DNA of 64,000 nt from Roseibacillus sp. (GCA_965242925.1 CBDEUM010000038.1:256001-320000), one strand, 5' to 3'; positions 10,826 to 20,246 are shown, counted from the first letter of the stretch. The notes: generated from the sequence alone by a model not told the origin. Numbers and translations are program-made.

Positions 10826-12019
10826 ATGGAGGACATCCTGAGGCTCCCGATCTGGTGCTACTGCATGTTCGTGATGGGAGCCTGCATAGGATCCTATCTC
10901 AATGTGGTGATTTACCGCTGGCCGCGCGAAGGGCTCTCGGTCACGGAGCCCGCGCGGTCGTTTTGCCCGATCTGCAGAAGGGACATTCCCTGGTTCCGCA
11001 ATATCCCGATCGTGACGTGGATCCTGCAGCGTGGGAAGTGTGCCGAGTGCAGGGCGCCCATCGCCTTTCGCTACGTTTTCGTTGAAATTCTGACCGCGGT
11101 GCTTTTCCTCACCGGGTGGTACATCTTTGTTGCCAGTCGTACGCCGATTTCACCTGTTGCGGCAGTCCTGCTGGGAGTTCTCTCCGTGCTCCTGATCTGC
11201 ATTGCCTGGATAGATGCCGATCTCATGGTGGTGCCGGTCGATTTCTGCTGGTGGGGGATGGTTGCTGGGTTGCTGGGGGCCTGTCTCGATCCCGCCCTCG
11301 TGGCGCTGGATGGTGAACCGCAGTTGATGCACTGGTGGCAGGGAGGGGTGCAGGGGCTGTATGGAATGGCTCTTGGATGGGGGGGGCTGGCCCTTGTAGT
11401 CTATCTCGGGAAAAAACTCATGGGGATCAAGCGGTTCGAGTTCTCCCAGGCGCACGAATGGTACCTGCGTGAGCCCGAATCCGAGGAAGAGCAACTGTGT
11501 TTCGTTCTCAAGATGCCCAGGGAAGATATGGAGGGAGAGTTTGAGGAGGACACGTATGCCTGGGGCGACCTCTTTTTCCGCGATTACGATCGTCTTGAGA
11601 TCGAGGGGCACGGCATCCTGAAGGATGGTGAACGAACCAGAGCCACCCGGATCGTCATCAGCCGCGAGATGGTCCAGATGGAGGGCGAGGAATATTCCAT
11701 TGCGGAGATAAAATCTCTGGAAGGCAAGGCCACCCGGGTGATGGTCCCCCGTGAAGCGATGGGCGACGGAGATCCGCCCCTCCTTGGACTGATAGGTGCC
11801 TTCATCGGCTGGCACGGTGTTGTTTTCGCGCTTTTTGCAGCCTGCATCTTTGCCATCCTGTGGGCCATCCCGGCTCGTATTGGGTTTGGACGGCAGTTAC
11901 CCTTCGGGCCCTTCCTGGCCCTGGGTGGCGCGGCCTGGATCTTCGGAGGATGGAGCTTGTGGGAGTGGTATTTCGAATCGCTGGCTGGATTCGGTAATCC
12001 AGAACAAGGAGGAAGGTGA
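10826..12019 (+). CDS. pilD: Type IV prepilin peptidase (A24) with internal insertion
   Basis: GSYLNVVIYRWP, RSFCPIC, GKCAEC, IDAD, AMGDGD, PFGPFLALG. Confidence 0.85.
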   Translation: MEDILRLPIWCYCMFVMGACIGSYLNVVIYRWPREGLSVTEPARSFCPICRRDIPWFRNIPIVTWILQRGKCAECRAPIAFRYVFVEILTAVLFLTGWYIFVASRTPISPVAAVLLGVLSVLLICIAWIDADLMVVPVDFCWWGMVAGLLGACLDPALVALDGEPQLMHWWQGGVQGLYGMALGWGGLALVVYLGKKLMGIKRFEFSQAHEWYLREPESEEEQLCFVLKMPREDMEGEFEEDTYAWGDLFFRDYDRLEIEGHGILKDGERTRATRIVISREMVQMEGEEYSIAEIKSLEGKATRVMVPREAMGDGDPPLLGLIGAFIGWHGVVFALFAACIFAILWAIPARIGFGRQLPFGPFLALGGAAWIFGGWSLWEWYFESLAGFGNPEQGGR

Positions 12020-12071
12020 TCAGGACTTCAAGCCCTCTCCTGCGGGCCTCTGCAGGGCTCCTTTCCGCTAC

Positions 12072-12896
12072 CTACAGGCACAGCCGCCTGAAGATTTCGT
12101 CAAGAGGCATTTGCATTCCGATATAGAAATCGCCGAACTCGCCATAGCGGACGGAGACAGGATCAAAGCGCATCTCGTAGACAATGGCCTTGATGTCGAT
12201 GGTGTCCTTGGCCAGCAGGGTGACGCCCCACTCGGCATCATCAAGACCGGTGGACCCGGTAATCAACTGGAGAATACGTCCGGAGTATTTGCGGCCAGTA
12301 GTGGCGTGCCCCTTCATCAGATTGCGGCGTGCTTCAAAATCCAGGGCGTACCAGTTGTCATCCCCTTGCCGGCGTTTGGACATGGGGTAGAAACAGATGG
12401 CGGGCCAGTCCGGAAGGACGGGGTGGAGCCGGTGTTCCAGGTAGTGGCTCATGCGCTCGTCGAATTCCGTGAGTTTGGTTTCAAACTCCGCCGAGCCCTC
12501 TTCAAGCCCCTCCTCGGCCTTCAGGGTCTCTTCGGCGTACTGTTCCCTGGTTGAGGTGTATTCGGAGCGCTCGGTCTGCGAGAGATAGGAATAGACTGGG
12601 GCAAGGACGTCGATCCCGAGCGAAAGGGTCAGTCGCTTTTCGAAGGTGTTGGCGACCTGCAGGTCCGGAGTGAGCAACATGAATCCGAGGTCGGCCTTGG
12701 GAGTGGCTACCGTGAAGGTCAGGAGCTGGGTGTCGGGCGTGGTGCGAATCTCCTGAACGAGTTCAGTGAAGGCGGTTTTTGCTTCCCGCTTCTCGTTGTC
12801 ATCCAGGATCTGCCACTGGCCGTGATCAATGTGGTAGAAGAGGTGCATGACGTGCCAGCCTTCGCGGGGCACGAGCGGGGATGGAGGTTCGGACAT
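12072..12896 (-). CDS. hemQ: Coproheme decarboxylase (HemQ/ChdC)
   Basis: CFYPMSKRR, NWY, proximal His in MKGHATTGRKY, GLDDAEWGVTL, IVYEMRFD; Gln rather than Arg at the distal position. Confidence 0.85.
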   Translation of the reverse strand: MSEPPSPLVPREGWHVMHLFYHIDHGQWQILDDNEKREAKTAFTELVQEIRTTPDTQLLTFTVATPKADLGFMLLTPDLQVANTFEKRLTLSLGIDVLAPVYSYLSQTERSEYTSTREQYAEETLKAEEGLEEGSAEFETKLTEFDERMSHYLEHRLHPVLPDWPAICFYPMSKRRQGDDNWYALDFEARRNLMKGHATTGRKYSGRILQLITGSTGLDDAEWGVTLLAKDTIDIKAIVYEMRFDPVSVRYGEFGDFYIGMQMPLDEIFRRLCL

Positions 12897-12907
12897 AGGG
12901 GGGGCTG

Positions 12908-13630
12908 TTACCGACGCCTTGGTGATACGCGCATGCGCATGATTTCCTTGAAGTCAGATCTTTTAGGCTGCAAGCCGGATCCTTCCCAGACGATCAGATG
13001 CCAGAAATGAACTTTCTCGGTCAGGTATTCATTATAGTCGCCGAGGTCTTCAAAGCCCCCGGTGGCGTGAATGTCCGCTTTTTTTTCCCCGGTCTCACGG
13101 AAATTCCCGTCTGAGAATGTCAGGGAAATCGGATCTCCTATGAGATCTCCTTCCGGGTTTTCGAAGAAGAAGCGTAGCGATCCCTCATCCGAGGACTTAA
13201 GCATGACTTCGGCAGCCGGGATGAACTTGGTATTGAGCTGCACGGTGATGTCCTTTTCGCGGTCGGTTTCGCGCCAGTAGGTCCTGATATTCTTGATTAC
13301 GACGTTATCGCCCTTGACGGGAAAATCGACATCGTCTGTCGAGCTGGTGTTGATATCGGTTAAGAACATCCTGAGAGCGATGATCATGACTCCTACGAGG
13401 GCCAGTCCCAGGCCGCTGAGCCAGAGGATATCGGTGCGGGAGTATTTGGGGAGAATAGAGGGAGCCGCCTCTTCTGGGGTCGATTCAAGGGAGGGGGGCG
13501 CGTCGAGGGGCCCCTCAGGCATAGAATCGCCCGTTTCGGCCACGAATTGTTCCTCGCCCGGACCCGGATCACCCATTTTGGGGTCAGGCTGAGGGTGGTC
13601 GGTCTTATCCTTGTCTGGGGTGGGTTCCAT
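12908..13630 (-). CDS. Hypothetical single-pass membrane protein
   Basis: Acidic Pro-rich N-terminus, one TM helix (WLSGLGLALVGVMIIAL), globular C-terminus. Confidence 0.7.
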   Translation of the reverse strand: MEPTPDKDKTDHPQPDPKMGDPGPGEEQFVAETGDSMPEGPLDAPPSLESTPEEAAPSILPKYSRTDILWLSGLGLALVGVMIIALRMFLTDINTSSTDDVDFPVKGDNVVIKNIRTYWRETDREKDITVQLNTKFIPAAEVMLKSSDEGSLRFFFENPEGDLIGDPISLTFSDGNFRETGEKKADIHATGGFEDLGDYNEYLTEKVHFWHLIVWEGSGLQPKRSDFKEIMRMRVSPRRR

Positions 13631-13775
13631 CCGGGAGAGGGAAACCTCTAACCGTTTGCTCCGGACTTGACCAGCGTCGAATCGGGGGTCCCAAAATGGG
13701 AAGGGAAAAGGATTGCATCTCCTCGCCTGCTGATCCAAGCAGTGCTTGGATGCTTGGCAGAATCCGTTTAATCCA

Positions 13776-14012
13776 ATGGCAGATCGCGAAGACAAGGTTC
13801 CGGAAAACATAGACGGCAAGTTTTACGTCGACACTCAGTGTATTGATTGCGATCTTTGTCGCGAAACGGCACCGGAGAATTTCAAGCGTGAAGAAGACGA
13901 GGGATACTCCTACGTCTATAAACAGCCCGATAACCAGGAAGAGGAGGACCAGTGCCGGGAGGCTATGGAGGGGTGTCCAGTGGAGGCCATCGGAGACGGC
14001 GAGGGCGACTAG
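13776..14012 (+). CDS. Monocluster 4Fe-4S ferredoxin
   Basis: CIDCDLC ... CPVEAI; 78 aa, acidic. Confidence 0.9.
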   Translation: MADREDKVPENIDGKFYVDTQCIDCDLCRETAPENFKREEDEGYSYVYKQPDNQEEEDQCREAMEGCPVEAIGDGEGD

Positions 14013-14398
14013 GGAGAACTACCCGCCGTCGTGGGCTCGCGCGAGGAGACGCCATTCGAGCTCAGGTGCTCCGGGATTTTCGCGGGGCGGGGGAGCCCCT
14101 TGACCTTGATCGGAACATGAGCACGCCGGCGGATTTGCTCGGCGGGATTTTGAAGAACCTTCGGCTCACGGAGGGGATCGAGGAGAGTCGTCTCCGAAGC
14201 GCTTGGCTTGAGGTAGCCGGTGAATTTGTGGCAAGGCAGACGGAACCGGTATCGCTTTACCAGGGAGTCCTCACCCTTCGTGTCCTGCAGCCATCCATGC
14301 GTTTTCACTTGGAGCAAACCCGGACCCAGCTCCTTCGACGGTTGAAACAGCAGCTCGGTTCCAGGAAGGTTCGCGATGTGCGATTGGTTGTTGGCTGA
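13952..14398 (+). CDS. DUF721/DciA-family protein (start uncertain)
   Basis: LRSAWLEVAGEFVARQTEPVSLYQGVLTLRV...LLRRLKQQLG...VRDVRL pattern. Confidence 0.7.
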   Translation: MPGGYGGVSSGGHRRRRGRLGRTTRRRGLARGDAIRAQVLRDFRGAGEPLDLDRNMSTPADLLGGILKNLRLTEGIEESRLRSAWLEVAGEFVARQTEPVSLYQGVLTLRVLQPSMRFHLEQTRTQLLRRLKQQLGSRKVRDVRLVVG

Positions 14399-14510
14399 CT
14401 ACGGAATTGGATATTCAAACGACAGATATTCCGATGACGGAAGCAGGTGGTCGGGGACTTTGGCAATGGCAGCCTGAATTCCGGATCGCATCCCCAATTC
14501 TGTGAAAGAC

Positions 14511-15518
14511 ATGTTCAGAGCCCTTATTCTCGACTGGTCCGGCACTCTGGTGGATGACTCCGCGCCCACCCTGGCGGCCACTAATGCAGTTCTTGCGCAA
14601 TATGACAGGCAGCCAATGACCTGGGAGCAGTTCCGGGAGAGCTTTCGGTTACCTTATTCGGAGTGGTATGCGGAACATGTTCCCGGCATTTCCCTCAAGG
14701 AACTGGAAGAGCACTTTCGCGTGGCCTTCGATTCATCGGAGCACCCGGTCATCCCTCTGGCGGGCACGGCTGAGTTCCTCCAATGGTGCAGTGAAAACTG
14801 CATCCGACTCTTTGTGCTCACCAGCATGAATACGGATAATTTCAGCCAGCAGCTGCGGGAATTCGGATTCGATAGACACTTTGAGCAAACTTACTCCGGC
14901 GTGATCGACAAACGTACCGTGATCGGGAAGATCATTGCCGAGCATGGACTGGATTCGGCAAAGACCGCTTACGTGGGGGACATGGCACACGATATTGAGA
15001 CCGCCCATGACGGAGGCGTTACGGCGATAGGAGTGCTGAGCGGGTACGATCCTGCTTCGCAGCTGGCGGCGGCCGGTCCCCATTTCCTGTTCTCCTGCAT
15101 CAAGTCGGTGCACGCCCTGCTTCAGGGAAGTTTCCCGGAGGCACGATGTGCCTGTGGGGAGTCGATCGTCATCCGGCGCCTGGCTGTGAGTTGCTTCATC
15201 GGAGTTCCCGAGGAAGAGCGGGCGGAAAGGCAGACTCTTCACCTGACCGTTGAGATTGTTCCAGAGCGAAATTTCGCCAGTCTCTGCGATCGCCTGGAGC
15301 TCACCGTGGACTATGACAAGGTCGCCCGCCGCATAGGAGAATTGGCCGGGGAGCGCCCAAGGAAGCTTATCGAGACCCTGGCGGACGAGGTTGCTCGGAT
15401 GATTCTGAAGGAATTTTCCGCCCGGGAAGTCTCGGTTGAAATTGAGAAGGACATCCTTCCTGAAACCGAGGCGGTTCTTGTCCGGACGCGACGGATGCGT
15501 AAGCCATCGGCAGGCTGA
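14511..15518 (+). CDS. HAD-family phosphatase fused to dihydroneopterin aldolase (FolB)
   Basis: N-terminal DWSGTLVD, LTS, K, YVGDMAHD; C-terminal IGVPEEER..RQ, TVDY, LIETLA, EIEK. Confidence 0.85.
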   Translation: MFRALILDWSGTLVDDSAPTLAATNAVLAQYDRQPMTWEQFRESFRLPYSEWYAEHVPGISLKELEEHFRVAFDSSEHPVIPLAGTAEFLQWCSENCIRLFVLTSMNTDNFSQQLREFGFDRHFEQTYSGVIDKRTVIGKIIAEHGLDSAKTAYVGDMAHDIETAHDGGVTAIGVLSGYDPASQLAAAGPHFLFSCIKSVHALLQGSFPEARCACGESIVIRRLAVSCFIGVPEEERAERQTLHLTVEIVPERNFASLCDRLELTVDYDKVARRIGELAGERPRKLIETLADEVARMILKEFSAREVSVEIEKDILPETEAVLVRTRRMRKPSAG

Positions 15519-15560
15519 TAGCGGACTGCCAAAAGTGTCGTCCTGAGGGGTCCTTGCCCT

Positions 15561-15588
15561 TTGACACTGCATGCAGGTGCTTTAGGCT
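15561..15588 (+). promoter_or_regulatory. Candidate sigma70 promoter of the ECF sigma operon
   Basis: TTGACA-16 nt-TAGGCT ending 29 nt upstream of ATG 15617. Confidence 0.45.
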
Positions 15589-15616
15589 GCAGCGTAGTCC
15601 TTCCCTCTCTGCCAGC

Positions 15617-16204
15617 ATGGCTGAAAAAGTGAATGATCCCGATCAAGAACTCATCCGGCGTGCCCAGGAAGGAGATACCCAGGCTTTCGATGACCTGGTC
15701 ATCAAATACAGCCGCAAGCTCTACGGTCTGGTCTATAACATGACCTCCAACAAGGAGGACACTCACGATCTCCTGCAGGAGATCTTTGCCAAGGCTTACC
15801 GCTCCCTGCGGCATTTCCGCGGGAAGTCTACCTTCTATACCTGGATCTATTCCATCGCGACCAACATGACCCTCAACTTCCTCAAGAAGCGGGGACGGAG
15901 GAGGGGGCTCAGCCTGGACGACGTGGACAGCGGTATTCAGAACGACACCTCCTTCGTGGACCAGGGTCACCGAGCCAATCCCCGTCGCCAGAGCAACATC
16001 CACGAACTTCAAAAAAGATTGAACGAAGCACTCCAGGCTCTGTCTGAAGACCACAGAGCAGTTGTCACCATGTTTGACATTCAGGGAATACCGCACGCTG
16101 AGATCAGTAAGATCCTTGGAGTATCCGAAGGCACAATACGATCGCGTCTTTACTATGCCCATCAGCAACTGCAGGGGCACTTGGAGGACTTCTGGAAACG
16201 ATGA
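15617..16204 (+). CDS. ECF RNA polymerase sigma factor (RpoE-like)
   Basis: DLLQEIFAKAY, FRGKSTFYTWIYSIATN, region 4 AEISKILGVSEGTIRSRL. Confidence 0.92.
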   Translation: MAEKVNDPDQELIRRAQEGDTQAFDDLVIKYSRKLYGLVYNMTSNKEDTHDLLQEIFAKAYRSLRHFRGKSTFYTWIYSIATNMTLNFLKKRGRRRGLSLDDVDSGIQNDTSFVDQGHRANPRRQSNIHELQKRLNEALQALSEDHRAVVTMFDIQGIPHAEISKILGVSEGTIRSRLYYAHQQLQGHLEDFWKR

Positions 16205-16269
16205 GGGTTTGATGACTTTGAGGAACTCCACAAAGAATTCAGGACTCATTTACTAGTTACCCATTATCT

Positions 16270-16650
16270 GTGAACAGGGAATTTCAAGAACTGCAAGAAC
16301 TCCTTGAGGAGCGTGGACAGGGTGTTCCGGGAGACGACTATTTTGAAGGGTTTCTGGCGGACTTCCATCGTCGGCAGCGTCAGGACTTGATGAAGCGTTC
16401 CGCGCGCAGTCTCTTCCTGGAGCGGATGGGAGTCTGGCTGCGGGAGATGGGGGGATCGAAATGGGCCTATGGCGCCGGTGCGGCTTATGTGTTGGTGATC
16501 GCCGGCTTATTCGCCTGGCCCAGGGGCAGAGACAGCAAGGAAGGGATAGAACCAGTCTCGCTGGAGGTGCCGGAACAGAAGACTCTCCACTTCGAAGGGG
16601 AACGCTCCGGGAAGAAGGAGAACGAGCCTCCCAAGGCGACCGAATTCTAG
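16270..16650 (+). CDS. Putative membrane anti-sigma factor
   Basis: Immediately downstream of the ECF sigma; PGDDYFEGFLADFHRRQR then one TM helix. Confidence 0.6.
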   Translation: MNREFQELQELLEERGQGVPGDDYFEGFLADFHRRQRQDLMKRSARSLFLERMGVWLREMGGSKWAYGAGAAYVLVIAGLFAWPRGRDSKEGIEPVSLEVPEQKTLHFEGERSGKKENEPPKATEF

Positions 16651-16720
16651 GTTGTCATCTTTTTGTGGAGTGATGAGTTTGCTCTTCCCCCTCCGAATTA
16701 TCAACGGAGTTTTCTATCGA

Positions 16721-17605
16721 ATGCGAACGGCTGCACTGCCGGCAGTTTTTGTTTGCGCGACGGGAGCGCTCGTGGCCCAGAGTGGAGTGTCTTTTAAGGC
16801 GTTGGAGGGAGGTGGTGCTCCGGTTCAATCCAGCAGCGTATCCCTCGGTGGAGGACGACTGGCAACCATCGCCGTGGTGGGGAGCAATCCACAACAGGCG
16901 ACCATGGAATCGGGCCGGGCGCTCAAGTTCGTCGGGCATGATCCTGCTACCCGGTTGACCGTGCTGGCCGGGCCGGAGGATGACAGCGAGTCGGCTTCTC
17001 TCGGCAGTGCGCTCGGGTTGTTGCCCGGAGAGGCAGTGTATCTTCCCGGTCAGAAGCGGGCCAGCCGGGTGGTGCGCTGGGAGGACACCTTCCAGGGGAA
17101 GGTTTTGCCGGTGGCCCTCCTCCGTATTCACCATCCCCTTCAGGACGCTCCTCTGCCGGGGACTCCGCTGACCAATGCCAGGGGGGAGGTGATAGCTCTC
17201 TGCCATGAGGAGGCTTCCGGATCGGGGAATGGAACCTATGCCTTGCCGGTGGAGGCAGTGCAGCGAATAGAGTTCGATCTCAAGAACTTCGGACGTGTCT
17301 CGCCGTGTTGGATCGGAGTTACTGTCAATGCGGTCAGTCCGGTCCTCGCCCTCGAAATGGTGCGCCCGGACTCACCTGGTGCAGTTGCCGGCCTGAAGCG
17401 GGGCGATATTCTGCTCTCGGTTGGGCGGCGGCGGGTGAGTAACTACGCCGAGGCTCGGAATGCCTTCTACTACCTGATGGCAGGCCGGACTACCAATCTG
17501 ACTCTCCTGAGAGGAACCAGGCGTCTCGACCTGAAGGTTGTTCCCGAAGTGCACCCCGTCTACCGGGCGGAGCAGGATCGGGGGCGAGGCAAACAGGGGC
17601 CTTGA
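16721..17605 (+). CDS. HtrA/S1C-like protein with PDZ domain; catalytic site degenerate
   Basis: Signal peptide, VGHDPATRLTVL, PGTPLTNARGEVIAL, WIGV, DSPGAVAGLKRGDILLSV. Confidence 0.75.
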   Translation: MRTAALPAVFVCATGALVAQSGVSFKALEGGGAPVQSSSVSLGGGRLATIAVVGSNPQQATMESGRALKFVGHDPATRLTVLAGPEDDSESASLGSALGLLPGEAVYLPGQKRASRVVRWEDTFQGKVLPVALLRIHHPLQDAPLPGTPLTNARGEVIALCHEEASGSGNGTYALPVEAVQRIEFDLKNFGRVSPCWIGVTVNAVSPVLALEMVRPDSPGAVAGLKRGDILLSVGRRRVSNYAEARNAFYYLMAGRTTNLTLLRGTRRLDLKVVPEVHPVYRAEQDRGRGKQGP

Positions 17606-17630
17606 TCCGGGATCGAGCAGTCCTGTGCCC

Positions 17631-19031
17631 CTACCTCTCTACCGTTTCATAGTCACCTCCCAGGGCGAGGTGGAGATCGAAGCGGTTCTGGAGGCGTTGG
17701 TTTCGCAACCGGATCAGGGTGCCGCGGGCATTGACGGCCCGGCGCTGGGATTCGAGAATTTCGAGGACACTGGACCCTTCGATGCCGAGACCGAGATCCC
17801 GTTCTGCGGCGGCCTGGGCCTTGCTGGCCTGATCGACCTCGACGAGTAGAAACCTTTCCTGTTCCCGGAGCGAGTGATCGATCTGCAAGGCAGATTCAAC
17901 TTCCCGGAACGCCTGGAGCACACTCTGGGTATAATCGTGTATTACGGACCTGTTGCGGTCGAGGGCAGCCCGTGCCTGGGCACTGGGGGCGCCTCCCTGG
18001 TAGACGGTTTGGGTCAGAGATGATGCGATTGACCAGGTGAGGTAAGCGGGATCGAGAGCCAGGCGAAGTTGCTCAGATCCGGTCCGCCCTGACCCGGTGA
18101 GAGGGAAGGAGGGGAGGAGGTCCTTGCGGGCGGCATCGGCACGCCGGGCCGATGCGTGAATTCGGGAGCGTCCTGCCGTGAGGTCCGGGCGACGGGCCAG
18201 TAATTCCGAGGGAAGACCGACGGGAACCTGTCGTTTGAGATTCGGCAGGTCGGAGGTAGCCTTCAGTTCTCCCGACGGATAGCGCCCGAGAAGGAGTTGC
18301 AGTGCCCGTGCGGCTTCGTTGCGTCGCAGGACCTGACTACGCAGGTTGCGTTCTGCACTTGCCACGTTGTTGCGACCAAACTGGACATCCACGGCCCGTA
18401 GAAGAGCTTCGCGATGGCGTCGGCTGATGAGCGAGAGGCTCTTCTTGAAGTCGGCGAGAGTTTGTTCGGCCAGTTCCACCTGTTGCTGGGCTTCCGTCAG
18501 GTTGACCCATGCCTTGGCGGTGTTGATCGCGAGAGACAGCTGCGCAGAGCGGTAGTCAGCGAGCGCAGCCTCGTAATCGGCCCGGGTGGCGTAATCGAGA
18601 TCGCGGAGGCGACCCCAGACGTCTATTTCCCAACTGGTTGCGAAGGAGAGCCCGTAGGAACCGTTGGAGATTCCCGGGGAGGGGCCAAGTCCGGCGTGGC
18701 TCCGGGAAGTCGTGCCGTTAGCACTGATGCGTGGAAGCCGGGCCGCTCTTGCGGAGATGGTGCTCTCGCGCGTGGAACGTAGCCGGTAAGCGGCGGACTG
18801 CAGGTTGTTGTTCCTCCGAACAGCCTCCCGTACCAGGTTGCTCATGCGGTGGTCCTGGAACTCGGCGAGCCAGCCCGTGGAGATTTTCTCATGTTGTCCG
18901 GTGGAGGCCTCTTTCCAGAGGGAGGGAAGATCGATGGCAGCCTCCCCGGCGGGACGTCTGCCATTCTCCTGTAGTGTGCAACTCGCAAGGAGCAGGACAT
19001 TGGGAGAGAGAAGAAGTAAGAGGCGTCGCAC
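17631..19031 (-). CDS. Outer membrane efflux lipoprotein (NodT/OprM/TolC family)
   Basis: Lipobox LLASC, SWEIDVWGRLR, LPSELLARRPDL, AFREVE, LHLALGG. Confidence 0.9.
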   Translation of the reverse strand: MRRLLLLLSPNVLLLASCTLQENGRRPAGEAAIDLPSLWKEASTGQHEKISTGWLAEFQDHRMSNLVREAVRRNNNLQSAAYRLRSTRESTISARAARLPRISANGTTSRSHAGLGPSPGISNGSYGLSFATSWEIDVWGRLRDLDYATRADYEAALADYRSAQLSLAINTAKAWVNLTEAQQQVELAEQTLADFKKSLSLISRRHREALLRAVDVQFGRNNVASAERNLRSQVLRRNEAARALQLLLGRYPSGELKATSDLPNLKRQVPVGLPSELLARRPDLTAGRSRIHASARRADAARKDLLPSFPLTGSGRTGSEQLRLALDPAYLTWSIASSLTQTVYQGGAPSAQARAALDRNRSVIHDYTQSVLQAFREVESALQIDHSLREQERFLLVEVDQASKAQAAAERDLGLGIEGSSVLEILESQRRAVNARGTLIRLRNQRLQNRFDLHLALGGDYETVER

Positions 19032-19396
19032 GGCGGGAATCTTGGGGCTGAATCAGAGGGATTCAAGGTGTTCCGCAGGTTCCGGCAGTGACCGTAATAT
19101 GCGCGGAAAGATTCACTGTTTCTTTCATAAGGAGAATACCTTGGATTTGAAGCGCTTGGGACTTGTTTAGCTCGCTTACTCAATTAGAATTCCTTCGATC
19201 CGATGCCCCCCCGGAATCGGGGCGAATCGGAGCATTTCCCCCTAATCATCTTCAGCTCTGTCTATTGCAGCAATCAGCTAATCACTTGGATTCCACTCCC
19301 TAAACGTGTGCGCGAGTTTGATTTTGATTCAAGAAACGCTAGATTGACTTTTAGTTCAACTTATCCCCTTTCCTTGCAACTTAGCTAACGGTTCTA

Positions 19397-20242
19397 ATGG
19401 CTGAAGACGTCGATGGCCATTCCACTTCCTTCGCCTCGACAGGGAGGGTGGATCGTTGGTGGGTGGAACCTTTGGTAACGGGAGCCGGTTTTCTTGGCTT
19501 CGTCGTTTACACCACCTGGGCCATGTTTCAAGCAGGTCATTATTGGTCTGATGCCTACCTGTCTCCTCTGTATTCGCCATTGTTTTTCATTGATGAATCG
19601 CTCGAACATCAAGCCCCTTTACATCATGCTTGGTTGGGGGCATGGCCGACGGGATGGAATTGGTGGCCCGATTGGCTGCCAAAATCCCCTGCGATTTTCA
19701 TTCTCGCTGGCCCCCTGGCTTTTCGAATGACCTGTTATTACTACCGCAAGTTCTACTATCGCTCGTATTTTGCATCGCCACCAGCTTGCGCCGTAACTTC
19801 TCTCCCGCAGAAGAAATACAAGGGGGAAACTGCCCTGTTTGTATTTCAGAACATACACCGCTACACCCTGTACATCGCCATAGGCTACATCGTTATCCTG
19901 TCGTATGATGCCTTGATGTCCTTCTTCAAAGGTGGAGACATAATCAATGGTGAGTTCGGAGTGGGAGTGGGCAGCCTTGTTCTTTGCATGAACGTCGTTT
20001 TGCTGAGTGGATATACCTTTGGGTGCCATGCTTTCCGTCATTTGGTGGGTGGTCGCGGCGATTGCTTTAGTTGCTCCGCGGGCAAGGAGCACTTGGGTCA
20101 CAAGGCATGGAAGCAGGTTAGCCGGTTCAATTCCCGTCACATGATGTGGGCCTGGATCAGCATGATCTGGGTGGGGTTCACCGATTTTTACATCCGCATG
20201 GTCTCCATGGGAGTTTTCACTGACTACAACACGTGGAACTGA
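19397..20242 (+). CDS. Succinate dehydrogenase membrane anchor, actinobacterial Sdh1 (Rv0249c-like) type
   Basis: Multi-TM protein; YLSPLYSP, FRMTCYYYRKFYYRSY, PPAC, QNIHRY, GCHAFRHLVGG, RHMMWAW; upstream of sdhA. Confidence 0.8.
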   Translation: MAEDVDGHSTSFASTGRVDRWWVEPLVTGAGFLGFVVYTTWAMFQAGHYWSDAYLSPLYSPLFFIDESLEHQAPLHHAWLGAWPTGWNWWPDWLPKSPAIFILAGPLAFRMTCYYYRKFYYRSYFASPPACAVTSLPQKKYKGETALFVFQNIHRYTLYIAIGYIVILSYDALMSFFKGGDIINGEFGVGVGSLVLCMNVVLLSGYTFGCHAFRHLVGGRGDCFSCSAGKEHLGHKAWKQVSRFNSRHMMWAWISMIWVGFTDFYIRMVSMGVFTDYNTWN

Positions 20243-20246
20243 TTCG

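Noticed and set aside
12072..12896. Chlorite dismutase
   Set aside because: The distal residue is Gln rather than Arg, and the FYPMSK motif matches coproheme decarboxylase.
19318..19359. FNR-like boxes (TTGA...TCAA) upstream of the sdh operon
   Set aside because: Spacings of 7 and 8 nt do not fit TTGAT-N4-ATCAA, and the AT-rich context makes chance matches likely.
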